Assembly (NCBI RefSeq): GCF_009914755.1
Contig: NC_060933.1
Direction: 5' to 3' (one strand)
DNA length: 64,000 bases
Source: the human T2T-CHM13v2.0 reference genome, Homo sapiens
Positions 1-14,760 of this stretch are shown here, piece after piece. Position 1 is the first letter of the stretch. Every line of letters starts with the position of its first letter. The position numbers and the translations under genes are program-made. A model generated the notes under the pieces. It had not been told where the DNA came from and searched no databases. It worked only from the letters and a program-made list of their open reading frames with translations.

Positions 1-1280
1 ATTCCCTTACACTCCATTCCATTCCTTTCCATTCCATTCCATTCCGTTCCATTCCATTCCATTACATTCGGATTGATTCTATTCAATTCCTTTACACTCC
101 ATTACATTCCATTCCATTCGGGTAGTTTCCATTCCATTCCATTCCATTCCTCTCCATTCCATTGTACTCGGGTTGATTCCATTCCATTGCATTCCATTCC
201 ATTCCATTCCCCTGCACTCGCGTTGATTCCATTCCATTCCATTCCATTCCATTCCATTCCATTCCATTGCATTCCTTTCCGTTCCATTCCATTCCATTCC
301 ATTACATTCCATTCCATTCCGTTCCATTCTGTACCATTCCATTCCATTCCATTCTATTCGGGTTAATTCCATTCCATTCCATTCGATTGCAATCTAGTTG
401 ATTCCATTCCATTGCATTCCATTCCTTTCCATTCCATTACGGATGATTCCATTCCATTGCATTCCATTCCATTCCATTCCCCTGTACTCGGGTTGATTTC
501 ATTCCATTCCATTCCTATCCATGCCATTCCACTCGTGTTGATTCCATTCTTTCCATTCCATTCAAGTTGAATCCATTCCATTGCATTCCATTCCATTCCA
601 TTCCCCTGCAGTCGGGTTGATTCCATTCCATTCCATTCCTTTCCATTCCATTCCATTCCATTCCGTTCCATTCCATTGCATTCCATTCTATTCGGGTTAA
701 TTCCATTCCATTCCATTCCATTCCATTCCATTCCAATCGAGTTGATTCCAGTCCATTCTATTCCATTCCATTCCACTCCATTCCAGTCCTTTCCATTCCA
801 TTCCACTCGGGTAGATTCCAATGTATTCCATTCCTTTCCATTCCGTTCCATTGCAATCGAGATGATTCCATTGCTTTGCATTCCATTCCATTCCATTCCA
901 TTCCGGATGATTCCATTCCATTGCATTCCATTCCATTCTAATCCCCTGCACTCGGGTTGATTCCATTCCATTCCACTCCATTCCGTTGCATTCAATTCCA
1001 TTCCATTCCATTGTATTAGGGTTAATTCCATTCCATTCCATTCCATTCCATTCCATTCCATTCCATTCCATTCCATTACAATCGAGTTGATTCCATTCCA
1101 TTCCATTCCATTCCAGTCCTTTCCATTCCATTCCACTCGGGTGGATTCCATTCTATTAGTTTCCATTCCATTCCATTCCCTTCCATTCCACTCTGGTTGA
1201 TTCCATTCCTTTCCATTCCACTGGAATACATTCCCTCCTATTCCACTCAGAACGATTCCATTCCATTCCATTCCATTCCA

Positions 1281-1293
1281 TTCCGGAAGATTC
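1281..1293. promoter_or_regulatory. First of about 38 consensus three-unit heat-shock element matches (TTCnnGAAnnTTC) recurring through the array; function untested
   Basis: The sequence TTCCGGAAGATTC is an exact match to alternating nTTCn-nGAAn-nTTCn. It is a motif match only; HSF1 binding to satellite III is established for some arrays but not shown for this locus. Confidence 0.5.
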
Positions 1294-2199
1294 CATTCCA
1301 TTGCATTCCATTCCATTACATTCCCCTGCTCTCGCGTTGATTCCATTCCATTCTATTCCATTCCATTCAATTCCATTCCATTACAATTCGTTCCATTCCA
1401 TTCTATTCCGTACCATTCCATTCGATTCCATACCATTCCATTCCATTCCATTCCATTCCATTCCGTTCCATTCCGTTCCATTCCATTCAATTCCATTCTA
1501 TTCGGATTAATTCCCTTCCATTCCATTCCATTCCATTCCATTCCATTGCAATAGAGTTGAATCCATTGCATTTCATTCCATTCCAATCCATTCCATTCCA
1601 TTCCGGAAGATTCCATTCCATTGTATTCCATTCAATTCCATTCCCCTGCACTCGCGTTGATTCCATTCCATTCTATTCCATTCCATTCCATTCCATTCCG
1701 TTCCGTTCCATTCCATTCCATTCCATTCCATTCCATTCCGTTCCATTCCATTCCATTCCATTGTATTCGGGTTAATTCCATTCCATTCCATTCGATTGCA
1801 ATCTAGTTGATTCCATTCCATTCCATTCCATTCCATTCCATTCCTTTCCATTCCATTAGGGATGATTCCATTCCATTGCATTCCATTCCATTCCATTCCC
1901 CTGTACTCGGGTTGATTCCATTCCATTCCATTCCAATCCATGCCATTCCACTCGTGTTGATTCCATTCTTTCCATTCCATTCAAGTTGAATCCATTCCAT
2001 TGCATTCCATTCCATTGGATTCCATTCGATTCTACTCGGGTTGATTCCATTCCATTGCATTCCATTCCATTCCATTCCATTCCATTCCATTCTGTTCCAT
2101 TCCATTCCATTCCATTCGGATTGATTCTATTCAAATCCCTTACTCTCCATTACATTCTATTCCATTCGGGTTGTTCCATTCCATTCCATTCCATTCCAC

Positions 2200-5100
2200 T
2201 CCATTCCATTGCACTCGGGTTGATTCCATTCCATTCCATTCCATTCCATTCCATTCCATTCCATTCCGGATGATTCCATTCCATTGCCTTCCATTCCATT
2301 ACATTCCCCTACACTCGGGTTGATTCCATTCCATTCCATTCCATTCCATTCGATTCCATTGCATTCCAATTCTTTCCATTACATTCTATTCCGTACCATT
2401 CCATTCCATTCCAAACATTTCTATTCCATTCCATTCCACTCCGTTCCGTTCCGTTCCGTTCCGTTCCGTTCCATTCCATTCTATTCCATTCTATTCGGTT
2501 TAATTCCATTCCATTCCATTCCATTCCATTCTATTCCATTCCATTGCAATCGAGTTGAATCTATTGCATTCCATTCCATTCCATTCCATTCCATTCCATT
2601 CCATTCCATTCCGGAAGATTCCATTCCATTACATTCCATTCTATTCCATTCCATTCCATTGCATTCCATTCCATTCCATTCCATTCCATTGTACTCCGGT
2701 TGATTCCATTACATTGCATTCCGTTCCATTCCATTCCATTCAGTTCCATTCCATTCCATTCCATTACATTCGGATTGTTTCTTTTCAACTCCCTTACTCT
2801 CCATTACATTCCATTCCATTCGGGTTGTTCCATTCCATTCCATTCCATCCCACTCCATTCCATTGCACTCGGGTTGATTCCATTCCATTCCATTCCATTC
2901 CATTCCGGATGATTCCATTCCATTGCATTCCGTTCCATTACATTCCCCTGCACTCGGGTTGATTCCATTCCATTCCATTCCATTCCATCCGATTCCAATC
3001 CATTCCCCTGCACTCGCGTTGATTCCTTTCCATTCCATTCCATTCCATTCCATTCCGTTCCATTCCATTCCAGTCCTTTCCATTCCATTCCACTCGGGTT
3101 GATTCCATTCTATTAGTTTCCATTCCATTCCATTCCCTTCCATTCCACTCTGGTTGATTCCATTCCTTTGCATTCCACTCGAATACATTCCCTCCTATTC
3201 CACTCGGAACAATTCCATTCCATTCCATTCCATTCCATTCCATTCCATTCCATTCCATTTCGTTCCATTCCATTCTATTCCGTATCATTCCATTCCATTC
3301 CATTCCATTCCATTCCATTCCATTCCACTCGTGTTGATTCCATTCCTTTCCATTCCATTCGGTTTGAAGGCATTCCATTCCATTCCATTCCATTCCATTC
3401 CATTCCATTCCATTCCATTCCATTGTACTCGGGTTGATTCCATTCCATTGCATTCCATTCCATTCCATTCCATTCCTTTCCGTTGCATTCCATTCCATTA
3501 CATTCGGATTGATTCTATTCAACTCCCTTACTCTCCATTACATTCCATTCCATTCGGGTTGTTCCATTCCATTCCATTCCATTCCACTCCTTTCCATTGC
3601 ACTCGGGTTGATTCCATTCCATTCCATTCCATTCCATTCCGGATGATTCCATTCCATTGCATTCCGTTCCACTACATTCCCCTGCACTCGCGTTGATTCC
3701 ATTCCATTCCATTCCATTGCATTCAATTCCATTCCATTACAATTCGTTCCATTCCATTCTATTCCGTACCATTCCATTCCATTCCATACCATTCCATTCC
3801 ATTCCATTCCATTCCATTCCTTTCCATTCCGTTCCATTCCATTCCATTCCATTCTATTCGGGTTAATACCATTCCATTCCATTCCATTCCATTCCATTCC
3901 ATTACATTACATTCTATTCCATTCCATTGCAATCGAGTTGAATCTATTTCATTTAATTCCATTCCATTCCATTCCATTCCATTCCGGAAGATTCCATTCC
4001 ATTGCATTCCATTCCATTCCATTCCCCTGCACTCGCGTTGATTCCATTCCATTCCATTCCATTCCATTCCATTCCATTCCATTCCATTCCGTTCCGTTCC
4101 GTTCCATTCCATTCCATTCCATTCCATTCCATTCCGTTCCGTTCCATTCCATTCCATTCCATTCTATTCGGGTTAATTCCATTCCATTCCATTCGATTGC
4201 AATCGAGTTGATTCCATTCCATTCCATTCCATTCCATTCCTTTCCATTCCATTACGGATGATTCCATTCCATTGCATTCCATTCCATTCCATTCCCCTGT
4301 ACTCGGGTTGATTCCATTCCATTCCATTCCAATCCATGCCATTCCACTCGTGTTGATTCCATTCTTTCCATTCCATTCAAGTTGAATCCATTCCATTGCA
4401 TTCCCTTCCATTCGATTCCATTCGATTGCACTCGGGTTGATTCCATTCCATTGCATTCCATTCCATTCCATTCCATTCCATTCCATTCCGTTCCATTCCA
4501 TTACATTCGGATTGATTCTATTCAACTCCCTTACTCTCCATTACATTCCATTCCATTCGGGTTGTTCCATTCCATTCCATTCCATTCCACTCCGTTCCAT
4601 TGCACTCGGGTTGATTCCATTCCATTCCATTCCATTCCATTCCATTCCATTCCATTCCATTGTACTCGGGTTGATTCCATTCCATTGCATTCCATTCCAT
4701 TCCATTCCATTCCTTTCCGTTGCATTCCATTCCATTACATTCGGATTGATTCTATTCAACTACCTTACTCTCCATTACATTCCATTCCATTCGGGTTGTT
4801 CCATTCCATTCCATTCCATTCCACTCCTTTCCATTGCACTCGGGTTGATTCCATTCCATTCCATTCCATTCCATTCCGGATGATTCCATTCCATTGCATT
4901 CCGTTCCACTACATTCCCCTGCACTCGCGTTGATTCCATTCCATTCCATTCCATTGCATTCAATTCCATTCCATTACAATTTGTTCCATTCCATTCTATT
5001 CCGTACCATTCCATTCCATTCCATACCATTCCATTCCATTCCATTCCATTCCATTCCGTTCCATTCCGTTCCATTCCATTCCATTCCATTCTATTCGGGT

Positions 5101-7030
5101 TAATTCCATTCCATTCCATTCCATTCCATTCCATTCCATTACATTACATTCTATTCCATTCCATTGCAATCGAGTTGAATCTATTTCATTTCATTCCATT
5201 CCATTCCATTCCATTCCATTCCGGAAGATTCCATTCCATTGCATTCCATTCCATTCCATTCCCCTGCTCTCGCGTTGATTCCATTCCATTCCATTCCATT
5301 CCATTCCATTCCATTCCATTCCGTTCCGTTCCGTTCCATTCCATTCCATTCCATTCCATTCCATTCCGTTCCGTTCCATTCCATTCCATTCCATTCTATT
5401 CGGGTTAATTCCATTCCATTCCATTCGATTGCAATCGAGTTGATTCCATTCCATTCCATTCCATTCCATTCCTTTCCATTCCATTACGGATGATTCCATT
5501 CCATTGCATTCCATTCCATTCCATTCCCCTGTACTCGGGTTGATTCCATTCCATTCCATTCCAATCCATGCCATTCCACTCGTGTTGATTCCATTCTTTC
5601 CATTCCATTCAAGTTGAATCCATTCCTTTGCATGCCATTCCATTCGATTCCATTCGATTGCACTCGGGTTGATTCCATTCCATTGCATTCCATTCCATTC
5701 CATTCCATTCCATTCCATTCCGTTCCATTCCATTACATTCGGATTGATTCTATTCAACTCCCTTACTCTCCATTACATTCCATTCCATTCGGGTTGTTCC
5801 ATTCCATTCCATTCCATTCCACTCCGTTCCATTGCAGTCGGGTTGATTCCATTCCATTCCATTCCATTCCATTCCATTCCATCCCATTCCGGATGATTCC
5901 ATTCCATTGCATTCCGTTCCATTACATTACCCTGCACTCGGGTTGATTCCATTCCATTCCATTCCATTCGATTCTATTCCATTCCTATTCTTTCCATTCC
6001 ATTCTATTCCGTACCATTCCATTCCATTCCATACAATTCCATTCCATTCCATTCCACTCCGTTCCGTTCCGTTCCGTTCCGTTCCGTTCCATTCCATTCC
6101 ATTCCATTCTATTCGGTTTAATTCCATTCCATTCCATTCCATTCCATTCTATTCCATTCCATTGCAATCGAGTTGAATCCATTGCATTCCATTCCATTCC
6201 ATTCCATTCCATTCCATTCCATTCCATTCCGGAAGATTCCATTCCATTGCGTTCCATTCCATTCCATTCCATTCCATTCCATTCCATTCCATTGTACTCG
6301 GGTTGATTCCATTCCATTGCATTCCATTCCATTCCATTCCATTCCATTCCATTCCGTTCCATTCCATTCCATTACATTGGGATTGATTCTTTTCAACTCC
6401 CTTACTCTCCATTACATTCCATTCCATTCGGGTTGTTCCATTCCATTCCATTCCATTCCATTCCATTCCATTCCATTGCACTCGGGTTGATTCCATTCCA
6501 TTCCATTCCATTCCATTCCGGATGATTCAATTCCATTGCATTCCGTTCCATTACATTCCCCTGCACTCGGGTTGATTCCATTCCTTTCCATTCCATTCCA
6601 TTCGATTCCATTCCATTCCCCTGCACTCGCGTTGATTCCATTCCATTCCATTCCATTCCATTCCATTCCAGTCCTTTCCATTCCATTCCACTCGGGTTGA
6701 TTCCATTCTATTAGTTTCCATTCCATTCCATTCCCTTCCATTCTACTCTGGTTGATTCCATTCCTTTCCATTCCACTCCAATACATTCCCTCCTTTCCAC
6801 TCGGAACGATTCCATTCCATTCCATTCCATTCCATTCCATTCCATTCTATTTCGTTCCATTCCATTCTATTCCGTATCATTCCATTCCATTCCATTCCAT
6901 TCCATTCCATTCCATTCCATTCCACTCGTGTTGATTCCATTCCTTTCTATTCCATTCGGTTTGAAGGCATTCCATTCCATTCCATTCCATTCCATTCCAT
7001 TCCATTCCATTCCATTCCATTCCATTGTAC
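2200..7030 (+). repeat. Dispersed paralogous block of about 1.2 kb at about 2200-3430 and 5850-7030 (offset about 3.6 kb); partial third copy at about 14500-15400
   Basis: Shared rare variants CTATTCGGTTTAATTCC (about 2491, 6109, 14757) and CTTTTCAACTCCC (about 2781, 6389, 15047), with the same module order. ORF pairs 2555/6173/14821 and 3154/6752 agree. Confidence 0.8.
3420..5890 (+). repeat. Tandem duplication, unit about 1.235 kb (about 3420-4660 and 4660-5890)
   Basis: Rare variants recur at an offset of 1232-1237: CCACTCCTTTCCATTGC (3584/4821), CCGTTCCACTACATTCCCC (3664/4901), ATTACATTACATTCTATT (3901/5138), GAATCTATTTCATT (3940/5177), CCACTCCGTTCCATTGCA (4587/5819). ORF-track pairs 3515/4752, 3657/4894 and 4382/5614 agree. 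Confidence 0.92.
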
Positions 7031-8299
7031 TCGGGTTGATTCCATTCCATTGCATTCCATTCCATTCCATTCCATTCCATTCCGTTACATTCCATTCCAT
7101 TACATTCGGATTGATTCTATTCAACTCCCTTACTCTCCATTACATTCCATTCCATTCGGGTTGTTCCATTCCATTGCATTCCTTGCCACTCCATTCCCCT
7201 GCACTCGCGTTGATTCCATTCCATTCCATTCCATTCCATTCCATTCCATTCCATTCCGTTCCGTTCTATTCCATTCCATTCCATTACATTCCATTCCATT
7301 CCATTCCATTCCGTTCCGCTCCGTTCCATTCCATTCCATTCCATTCTATTCGGGTTAATTCCATTCCATTCCATTCGATTGCAATCGAGTTGATTCCATT
7401 CCATTCCATTGCATTCCATTCCATTCCATTCCATTACGGATTATTCCATTCCATTGCATTCCATTCCATTCCATTCCCCTGTACTCGGGTTGATTCCATT
7501 CCATTCCATTCCAATCCATGCCATTCCACTCGTGTTGATTCCATTCTTTCCATTCCATTCAAGTTGAATCCATTCCATTGCATTCCATTCCATTCGATTC
7601 CATTCGATTGCACTCGGGTTGATTCCATTCCATTGCATTACATTCCATTGCATTCAATTCCTTTCCGTTCCATTCCATTTCATTACATTCAGATTGATTC
7701 TGTTCAACTCCCTTACTCTCCATTACTTTCCATTCCATTCGGGTTGTTCCATTCCATTCCATTCCATTCCACTCCATTCCATTGCACTCGGGTTTATTCC
7801 ATTCCATTCCATTAATTCCATTCCATTACAATTCGTTCCATTCCATTCTATTCCGTACCATTCCATTCGATTCCACACCATTCCATTCCATTCCATTCCG
7901 TTCCATTCCGTTCCATTCCATACCATTCCATTCTATTCGGATTAATTCCATTCCATTCCATTCCATTCCATTCTATTCCATTCCATTGCAATCGAGTTGA
8001 ATCCATTGCATTTCATTCCATTCCAATCCATTCCATTCCATTCCGGAAGATTGCATTCCATTGCATTCCATTCCATTCCATTCCCCTGCACTCGCGTTGA
8101 TTCCATTCCATTCCATTCAATTCCATTCCATTCCATTCCGTTCCGTTCCATTCCATTCCTTTCCATTCCATTCCGTTCCGTTCCATTCAATTCCATTCCA
8201 TTCTATTCGGGTTATTCCATTCCATTCCATTCGATTGCAATCGAGTTGATTCCATTCCATTCCATTCCATTCCATTCCATTCCATTCCATTCCATTCCT

Positions 8300-11200
8300 T
8301 TCCATTCCATTACGGATGATTCCATTCCATTGCATTCCATTCCATTCCATTACCCTGTACTCGGGTTGATTCCATTCCATTCCATTCCAATCCATGCCAT
8401 TCCACTCGTGTTGATTTCATTCTTTCCATTCCATTCAAGTTGAATCCATTCCATTACATTCCATTCCATTCGATTCCATTCGATTGCACTCGGGTTGATT
8501 CCATTCCATTGCATTCCATTCCATTCCATTCCATTCCATTCCATTCCATTCCATTCCGTTCCATTCCATTTCATTACATTCAGATTGATACTATTCAATT
8601 CCCTTACACTCCATTATATTCCAATCCATTCTGGTTGTTTCCATTCCATTCCATTCCATTTCACTCCATTCCATTGCACTCGGGTTGATTCCATTCCATT
8701 GCATTCCATTGCATTCCATTCCATTCCATTCCGGATGATTCCATTCCATTGCATTCCATTCCATTCCATTACATTCCGTTCCATTCCATTCCATTCCATT
8801 CGGATTGATTCTATTCAATTCCCTTACACTCCATTACATTCCATTCCATTCGGGTAGTTTCCATTCCATTCCATTCCATTTCACTCCATTCCATTGCACT
8901 CGGGTTGATTCCATTCCATTCCATTCCACTGCATTCCATTCCATTCCATTCCGGATGATTTCATTCCATTGCATTCCATTCCATTCCATTCCCCTGCACT
9001 CGGGTTGATTCCATTCCATTCCATTCCATTACATTCCGTTCCATTCCATTCCATTCCATTCGGATTTATTCTATTCAATTCCCTTACACTCCATTACATT
9101 CCATTCCATTCGGGTAGTTTCCATTCCATTCCATTCCATTCCTCTCCATACCATTGCACTCGGGTTGATTCCATTCCATTCCAGTCCATTCCATTCCATT
9201 CCATTCCATTACATTACATTACATTCCCTTCCATTGTACTCGGGTTGATTTCATTCCATTGCATTCCATTCCATTCCATTCCATTCCATTCCATTCCATT
9301 CCATTCCATTCGGATTGATTCTATTCAACTCCCTTACTCTCCATTCCTTTCCATTCCATTCGGGTTGTTCCATTCCATTCCATTCCATTCCACTCCATTC
9401 CATTGCACTCGGGTTGATTCCATTCCATTCCATTCCATTCCATTCCATTCCATTCCATTCCATTCCGGATGATTCCATTCCATTGCATTCCGTTCCATTA
9501 CATTCCCCTGCACTCGGGTTGATTCCATTCCATTCCATTCCATTCCATTCCATTCCATTCGATTCCATTCCAACTCTTTCCATTCCATTCTATTCCGTAC
9601 CATGCCATTCCATTCCATACAATTCCATTCCATTCCATTCCACTCCGTTCCGTTCCGTTCCGTTCCGTTCCGTTCCGTTCCATTCCATTCCATTCCATTC
9701 TATTCGGGTTAATTCCATTCCATTCCATTCGATTGCAATCGAGTTGATTCCATTCCATTCCATTCCATTCCATTCCTTTCCATTCCATTACGGATGATTC
9801 CATTCCATTGCATTCCATTCCATTCTATTCCCCTGTACTCGGGTTGATTCCATTCCATTCCATTCCAATCCATGCCATTCCACTCGTGTTGATTCCATTC
9901 TTTCCATTCCATTCAAGTTGAATCCATTCCATTGCATTCCATTCCATTCGATTCCATTCGATTGCACTCGGGTTGATTCCATTCCATTGCATTCCATTCC
10001 ATTCCATTCCATTCCATTCCGTTCCATTCCATTTCCTTACATTCAGATTTATTCTATTCAATTCCCTTGCACTCCATTATATTCCAATCCATTCTGGTTG
10101 TTTCCATTCCATTCCATTCCATTTCACTCCATTCCATTGCACTCGGGTTGATTCCATTCCATTCCATTCCATTGCATTCCATTCCATTCCATTCCGGATG
10201 ATTCCATTCCATTGCATTCCATTCCATTCCATTCCCCTGCACTCGGGTTGATTCCATTCCATTCCATTCCATTACATTCCGTTCCATTCCATTCCATTCC
10301 ATTCGGATTGATTCTATTCCATTCCCTTACACTCCATTACATTCCATTCCATTCGGGTAGTTTCCATTCCATTCCATTCCATTCCTCTCCATTCCATTAC
10401 ACTCGGGTTGATTCCATTCCATTCCATTCCATTCCATTCCATTCCATTACATTACATTACCTTCCATTCCATTCCGTTCCATTGTACTCGGGTTGATTCC
10501 ATTCCATTGCATTCCATTCCATTCCATTCCATTCCATTCCATTCCGTTCCGTTCCATTGCATTACATTAGGATTGATTCTATTCAACTCCCTTACTCTCC
10601 ATTACATTCCATTCCATTCTGGTTCTTCCATTCCATTCCATTCCACTCCATTCCATTGCACTCGGGTTGATTCCATTGCATTCCATTCCATTCCTTTCCA
10701 TTCCGGATGATGCCATTCCATTGCATTCCGTTCCATTACATTCCCCTGCACTCGCGTTGATTCCATTCCATTCCATTCCATTCAATTCCATTCCATTACA
10801 ATTCGTTCCATTCCATTCTATTCCGTACCATTCCATTCCATTCCATACCATTCCATTCCATTCCATTCCATTCCATTCCATTCCATTCCATTCTGTTCCA
10901 TTCCGTTCCATTCCATTCGATTCCATTCTATTCGGGTTAATTCCATTCTATTCCATTCCATTCCATTCTATTCCATTCCATTGCAATCGAGTTGAATCCA
11001 TTGCATTTCATTCCATTCCATTCCATTCCATTCCATTCCATTCCATTCCAGAAGATTCCATTCCATTGCATTCCATTCCATTCCATTCCCCTGCACTCGC
11101 GTTGATTCCATTCCATTCCATTCCATTCCATTCCATTCCGTTCCGTTCCGTTCCGTTCCGTTCCGTTCCATTCCATTCCATTCCATTCCATTCCGTTCCG

Positions 11201-14200
11201 TTCCGTTCCGTTCCATTCCATTCCATTCCATTCTATTCAGGTTAATTCCATTCCATTCCATTCGATTGCAATCGTGTTGATTCCATTCCATTCCATTCCA
11301 TTCCATTCTATTCCATACCATTCCATTACGGATGATTCCTTTCCATTGCATTCCATTCCATTCTATTCCCCTGTACTCGTGTTGATTCCATTCCATTGCA
11401 TTCCAATCCATGCCCTTCCACTCGTGTTGATTCCATTCTTTCCATTCCATTCAAGTTGAATCCATTCCATTGCATTCCATTCCATTCGATTCCATTCGAT
11501 TGCACTCGGGTTGATTCCATTCCATTGCATTCCATTCCATTCCATTCCGTTCCATTCCATTCCATTACATTCGGATTGATTCTATTCAATTCCGTTACAC
11601 TCCATTACATTCCATTCCATTCAGGTAGTTTCCATTCCATTCCATTCCATTCCTCTCCATTCCATTGCAGTCGGGTTGATTCCATTCCATTGCATTCCAT
11701 TCCATTCCATTCAATTCCATTCCGTTCCACTCCATTCCATTACATTCGGATTGATTCTATTCAACTCCCTTACTCTCCATTACATTCCATTCCATTCGGG
11801 TTGTTCCATTGCATTCCATTCCATTCCACTCCATTCCATTGCACTCGGGTTTATTCCATTCCATTCCACTCCATTCCATTCAATTCCATTCCATTCCGGA
11901 AGATTCCATTCCATTGCATTCCATTCCATTCTATTCCCCTGCACTCGCGTTGATTCCATTCCATTCCATTCCATTCCATTCCATTCCATTCCTTTCCGTT
12001 CCATTCCATTCCATTCCCTTCCATTCCTTTCCGTTCCGTTCCATTCCATTCCATTCCATTCTATTCGGGTTAATTCCATTCCATTCCATTCGATTGTCAT
12101 CGAGTTGCTTCCATTCCATTCCATTCCATTCCATTCCTTTCCATTCCATTCCATTCCATTCCATTACGGATGATTCCATTCCATTGCATTCCATTCCATT
12201 CCATTCCCCTGTACTCGGGTTGATTCCATTCCATTCCATTCCAACCCATGCCATTCCACTGGTGTTGATTCCATTCTTTCCATTCCATTCAAGTTGAATC
12301 CATTCCATTGCATTCCATTCCATTCCATTCCCCTGCAGGCGGGTTGATTCCATTCCATTCCATTCCATTCCATTCCATTACATTACATTACATTACATTC
12401 CGTTCCGTTCCGTTCCATTCCATTCCATTCCTTTCTATTCGGGTTAATTCCATTCCATTTCATTCCATTCCATTCCAATCAAGTTGATTCCATTCCATTC
12501 CATTCCATTCCATTCCATTCCTTTCCACTCCATTCCAGTCCTTTCCATTCCATTCCACTCGCGTTGATTCCAATGTATACCTTTCCATTCCATTCCATTC
12601 CATTGCAATCGAGTTGATTCCATTGCTTTGCATTCCATTCCATTCCATTCCATTCCGGTTGATTCCATTCCATTGCATTCCATTCCATTCCATTCCCCTG
12701 CACTCGGGTTGATTCCATTCCATTCCATTCCATTACATTCCGTTCCATTCCATTCCATTCCATTCGGATTGATTCTATTCAATTCCTTTACACTCCATTA
12801 TATTCCATTCCATTCGGGTAGTTTCCATTCCATTCCATTCCATTCCTCTCCATTCCATTGCACTCGGGTTGATTCCATTCCATTCCATTCCATTCCATTC
12901 CATTCCATTACATTACCTTCCATTCCATACCGTTCCATTGCTCTCGGGTTGATTCCATTCCATTGCATTCCATTCCATTCCATTCCATTCCATTCCTTTC
13001 CATTCCGTTCAATTCCATTCCATTACATTCGGATTGATTGTATTCAATTCCCTTACACTCCATTAAATTGTATTCCATTCGGGTAGTTTCCATTCCATTC
13101 CATTCCATTCCTCTCCATTCCATTGCACTCGGGTTGATTCCATTCCATTGCATTCCATTCCATTCCATTCAATTCCATTCCGTTCCATTCCATTCCATTA
13201 CATTCGGATTGATTCTATTCAACTCCCTTACTCTCTATTACATTCCATTCCATTCGGTTTGTTCCATTCCATTCCATTCCATTCCACTCCATTCCATTGC
13301 ACTCGGGTTGATTCCATTCCATTGCATTCCATTCCATTCCATTCCATTCCGGAACATTCCATTCCATTGCATTCCATTCCATTCCATTCCCCTGCACTCG
13401 CGTTGATTCCATTCCATTCCATTCTATTCCATTCCATTCCCTTCCTTTCCGTTCCATTCCATTCCATTAGATTCCATTCCGTTCCGTTCCATTCCATTCC
13501 ATTCCATTCTCTTCGGGTTAATTCCATTCCATTCCATTCGATTGCAATCGAGTTGATTCCATTCCATTCCATTCCATTCAATTCCATTCCATTCCATTCC
13601 ATTCCATTCCTTTCCATTCCATTACGGATGATTCCATTCCATTGCATTCCATTCCATTCCATTCCCCTGTACTCGGGTTGATTCCATTCCATTCCATTCC
13701 AATCCATGCCATTCCACTCGTGTTGATTCCATTCTTTCCATTCCATTCAAGTTGAATCCATTCCATTGCATTCCATTCCATTCGATTCCATTCGATTGCA
13801 CTCGGGTTGATTCCATTCCATTGCATTCCATTCCATTCCATTCCATTCCGTTCCATTCCATTTCATTACATTCAGATTGATTCTATTCAATTCCCTTACA
13901 CTCCATTATATTCCAATCCATTCTGGTTGTTTCCATTCCATTCCATTCCATTTCACTCCATTCCATTGCACTCGGGTTGATTCCATTCCATTAAATTCCA
14001 TTGCATTCCATTCCATTCCATTCCGGATGATTCCATTCAATTGCATTCCATTCCATTCCATTCCCCTGCACTCGGGTTGATTCCATTCCATTCCATTCCA
14101 TTACATTGCGTTCCATTCCATTCCATTCCATTCGGATTGATTCTATTCAATTCCCTTATACTACATTACATTTCATTCCATTCGTGTAGTTTCCATTCCA

Positions 14201-14760
14201 TTCCATTCCATTCCTCTCCATTCCATTGCACTCGGGTTGATTCCATTCCATTCCATTCCATTCCATTACATTACATTCCATTCCGTTCCATTGTACTCGG
14301 GTTGATTCCATTCCATTGCATTCCATTCCATTCCATTCCATTCCATTCCATTCCATTCCATTCCATTCCATTCGGATTGATTCTATTCAACTCCCTTACT
14401 CTCCATTACATTCCATTCCATTCGGGTTGTTCCATTCCATTCCATTCTGTTTCACTCCATTCCATTGCACTCGGGTTGATTCCATTCCATTCCATTCCAT
14501 TCCATTCCATTCCATTCCATTCCATTCCGGATGATTTCATTCCATTGCATTCCGTTCCATTACATTCCCCTGCACTCGGGTTGATTCCATTCCATTCCAT
14601 TCCATTCCATTCCATTCCATTCCATTCCATTCCAATTCTTTCCATTCCATTCTATTCCGTACCATGCCATTCCATTCCATACAATTCCATTCCTTTCCTT
14701 TCCACTCCTTTCCGTTCCGTTCCGTTCCGTTCCATTCCATTCCATTCCATTCCATTCTAT
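8300..14760 (+). repeat. Three related blocks starting near 8300, 9780 and 13620
   Basis: Diagnostic string CCATTATATTCCAATCCATTCTGGTTGTTTCC at about 8611, 10074 and 13903 (also about 60194), preceded by ACATTCAGATT in the first three. CATGCCATTCCATTCCATACAATTCC is shared by about 9601 and 14663. Confidence 0.8.

Noticed and set aside
2701-2711. DUX4-like site (TGATTCCATTA; reverse TAATGGAATCA), also near 59635 and 60569
   Set aside because: Only about three sporadic copies, each one substitution away from the ubiquitous TGATTCCATTC, so they are expected by chance.
2200-7030. 3.6-kb offset suggesting the DYZ1 unit
   Set aside because: It occurs once, includes an internal 1.24-kb duplication and does not persist along the window.
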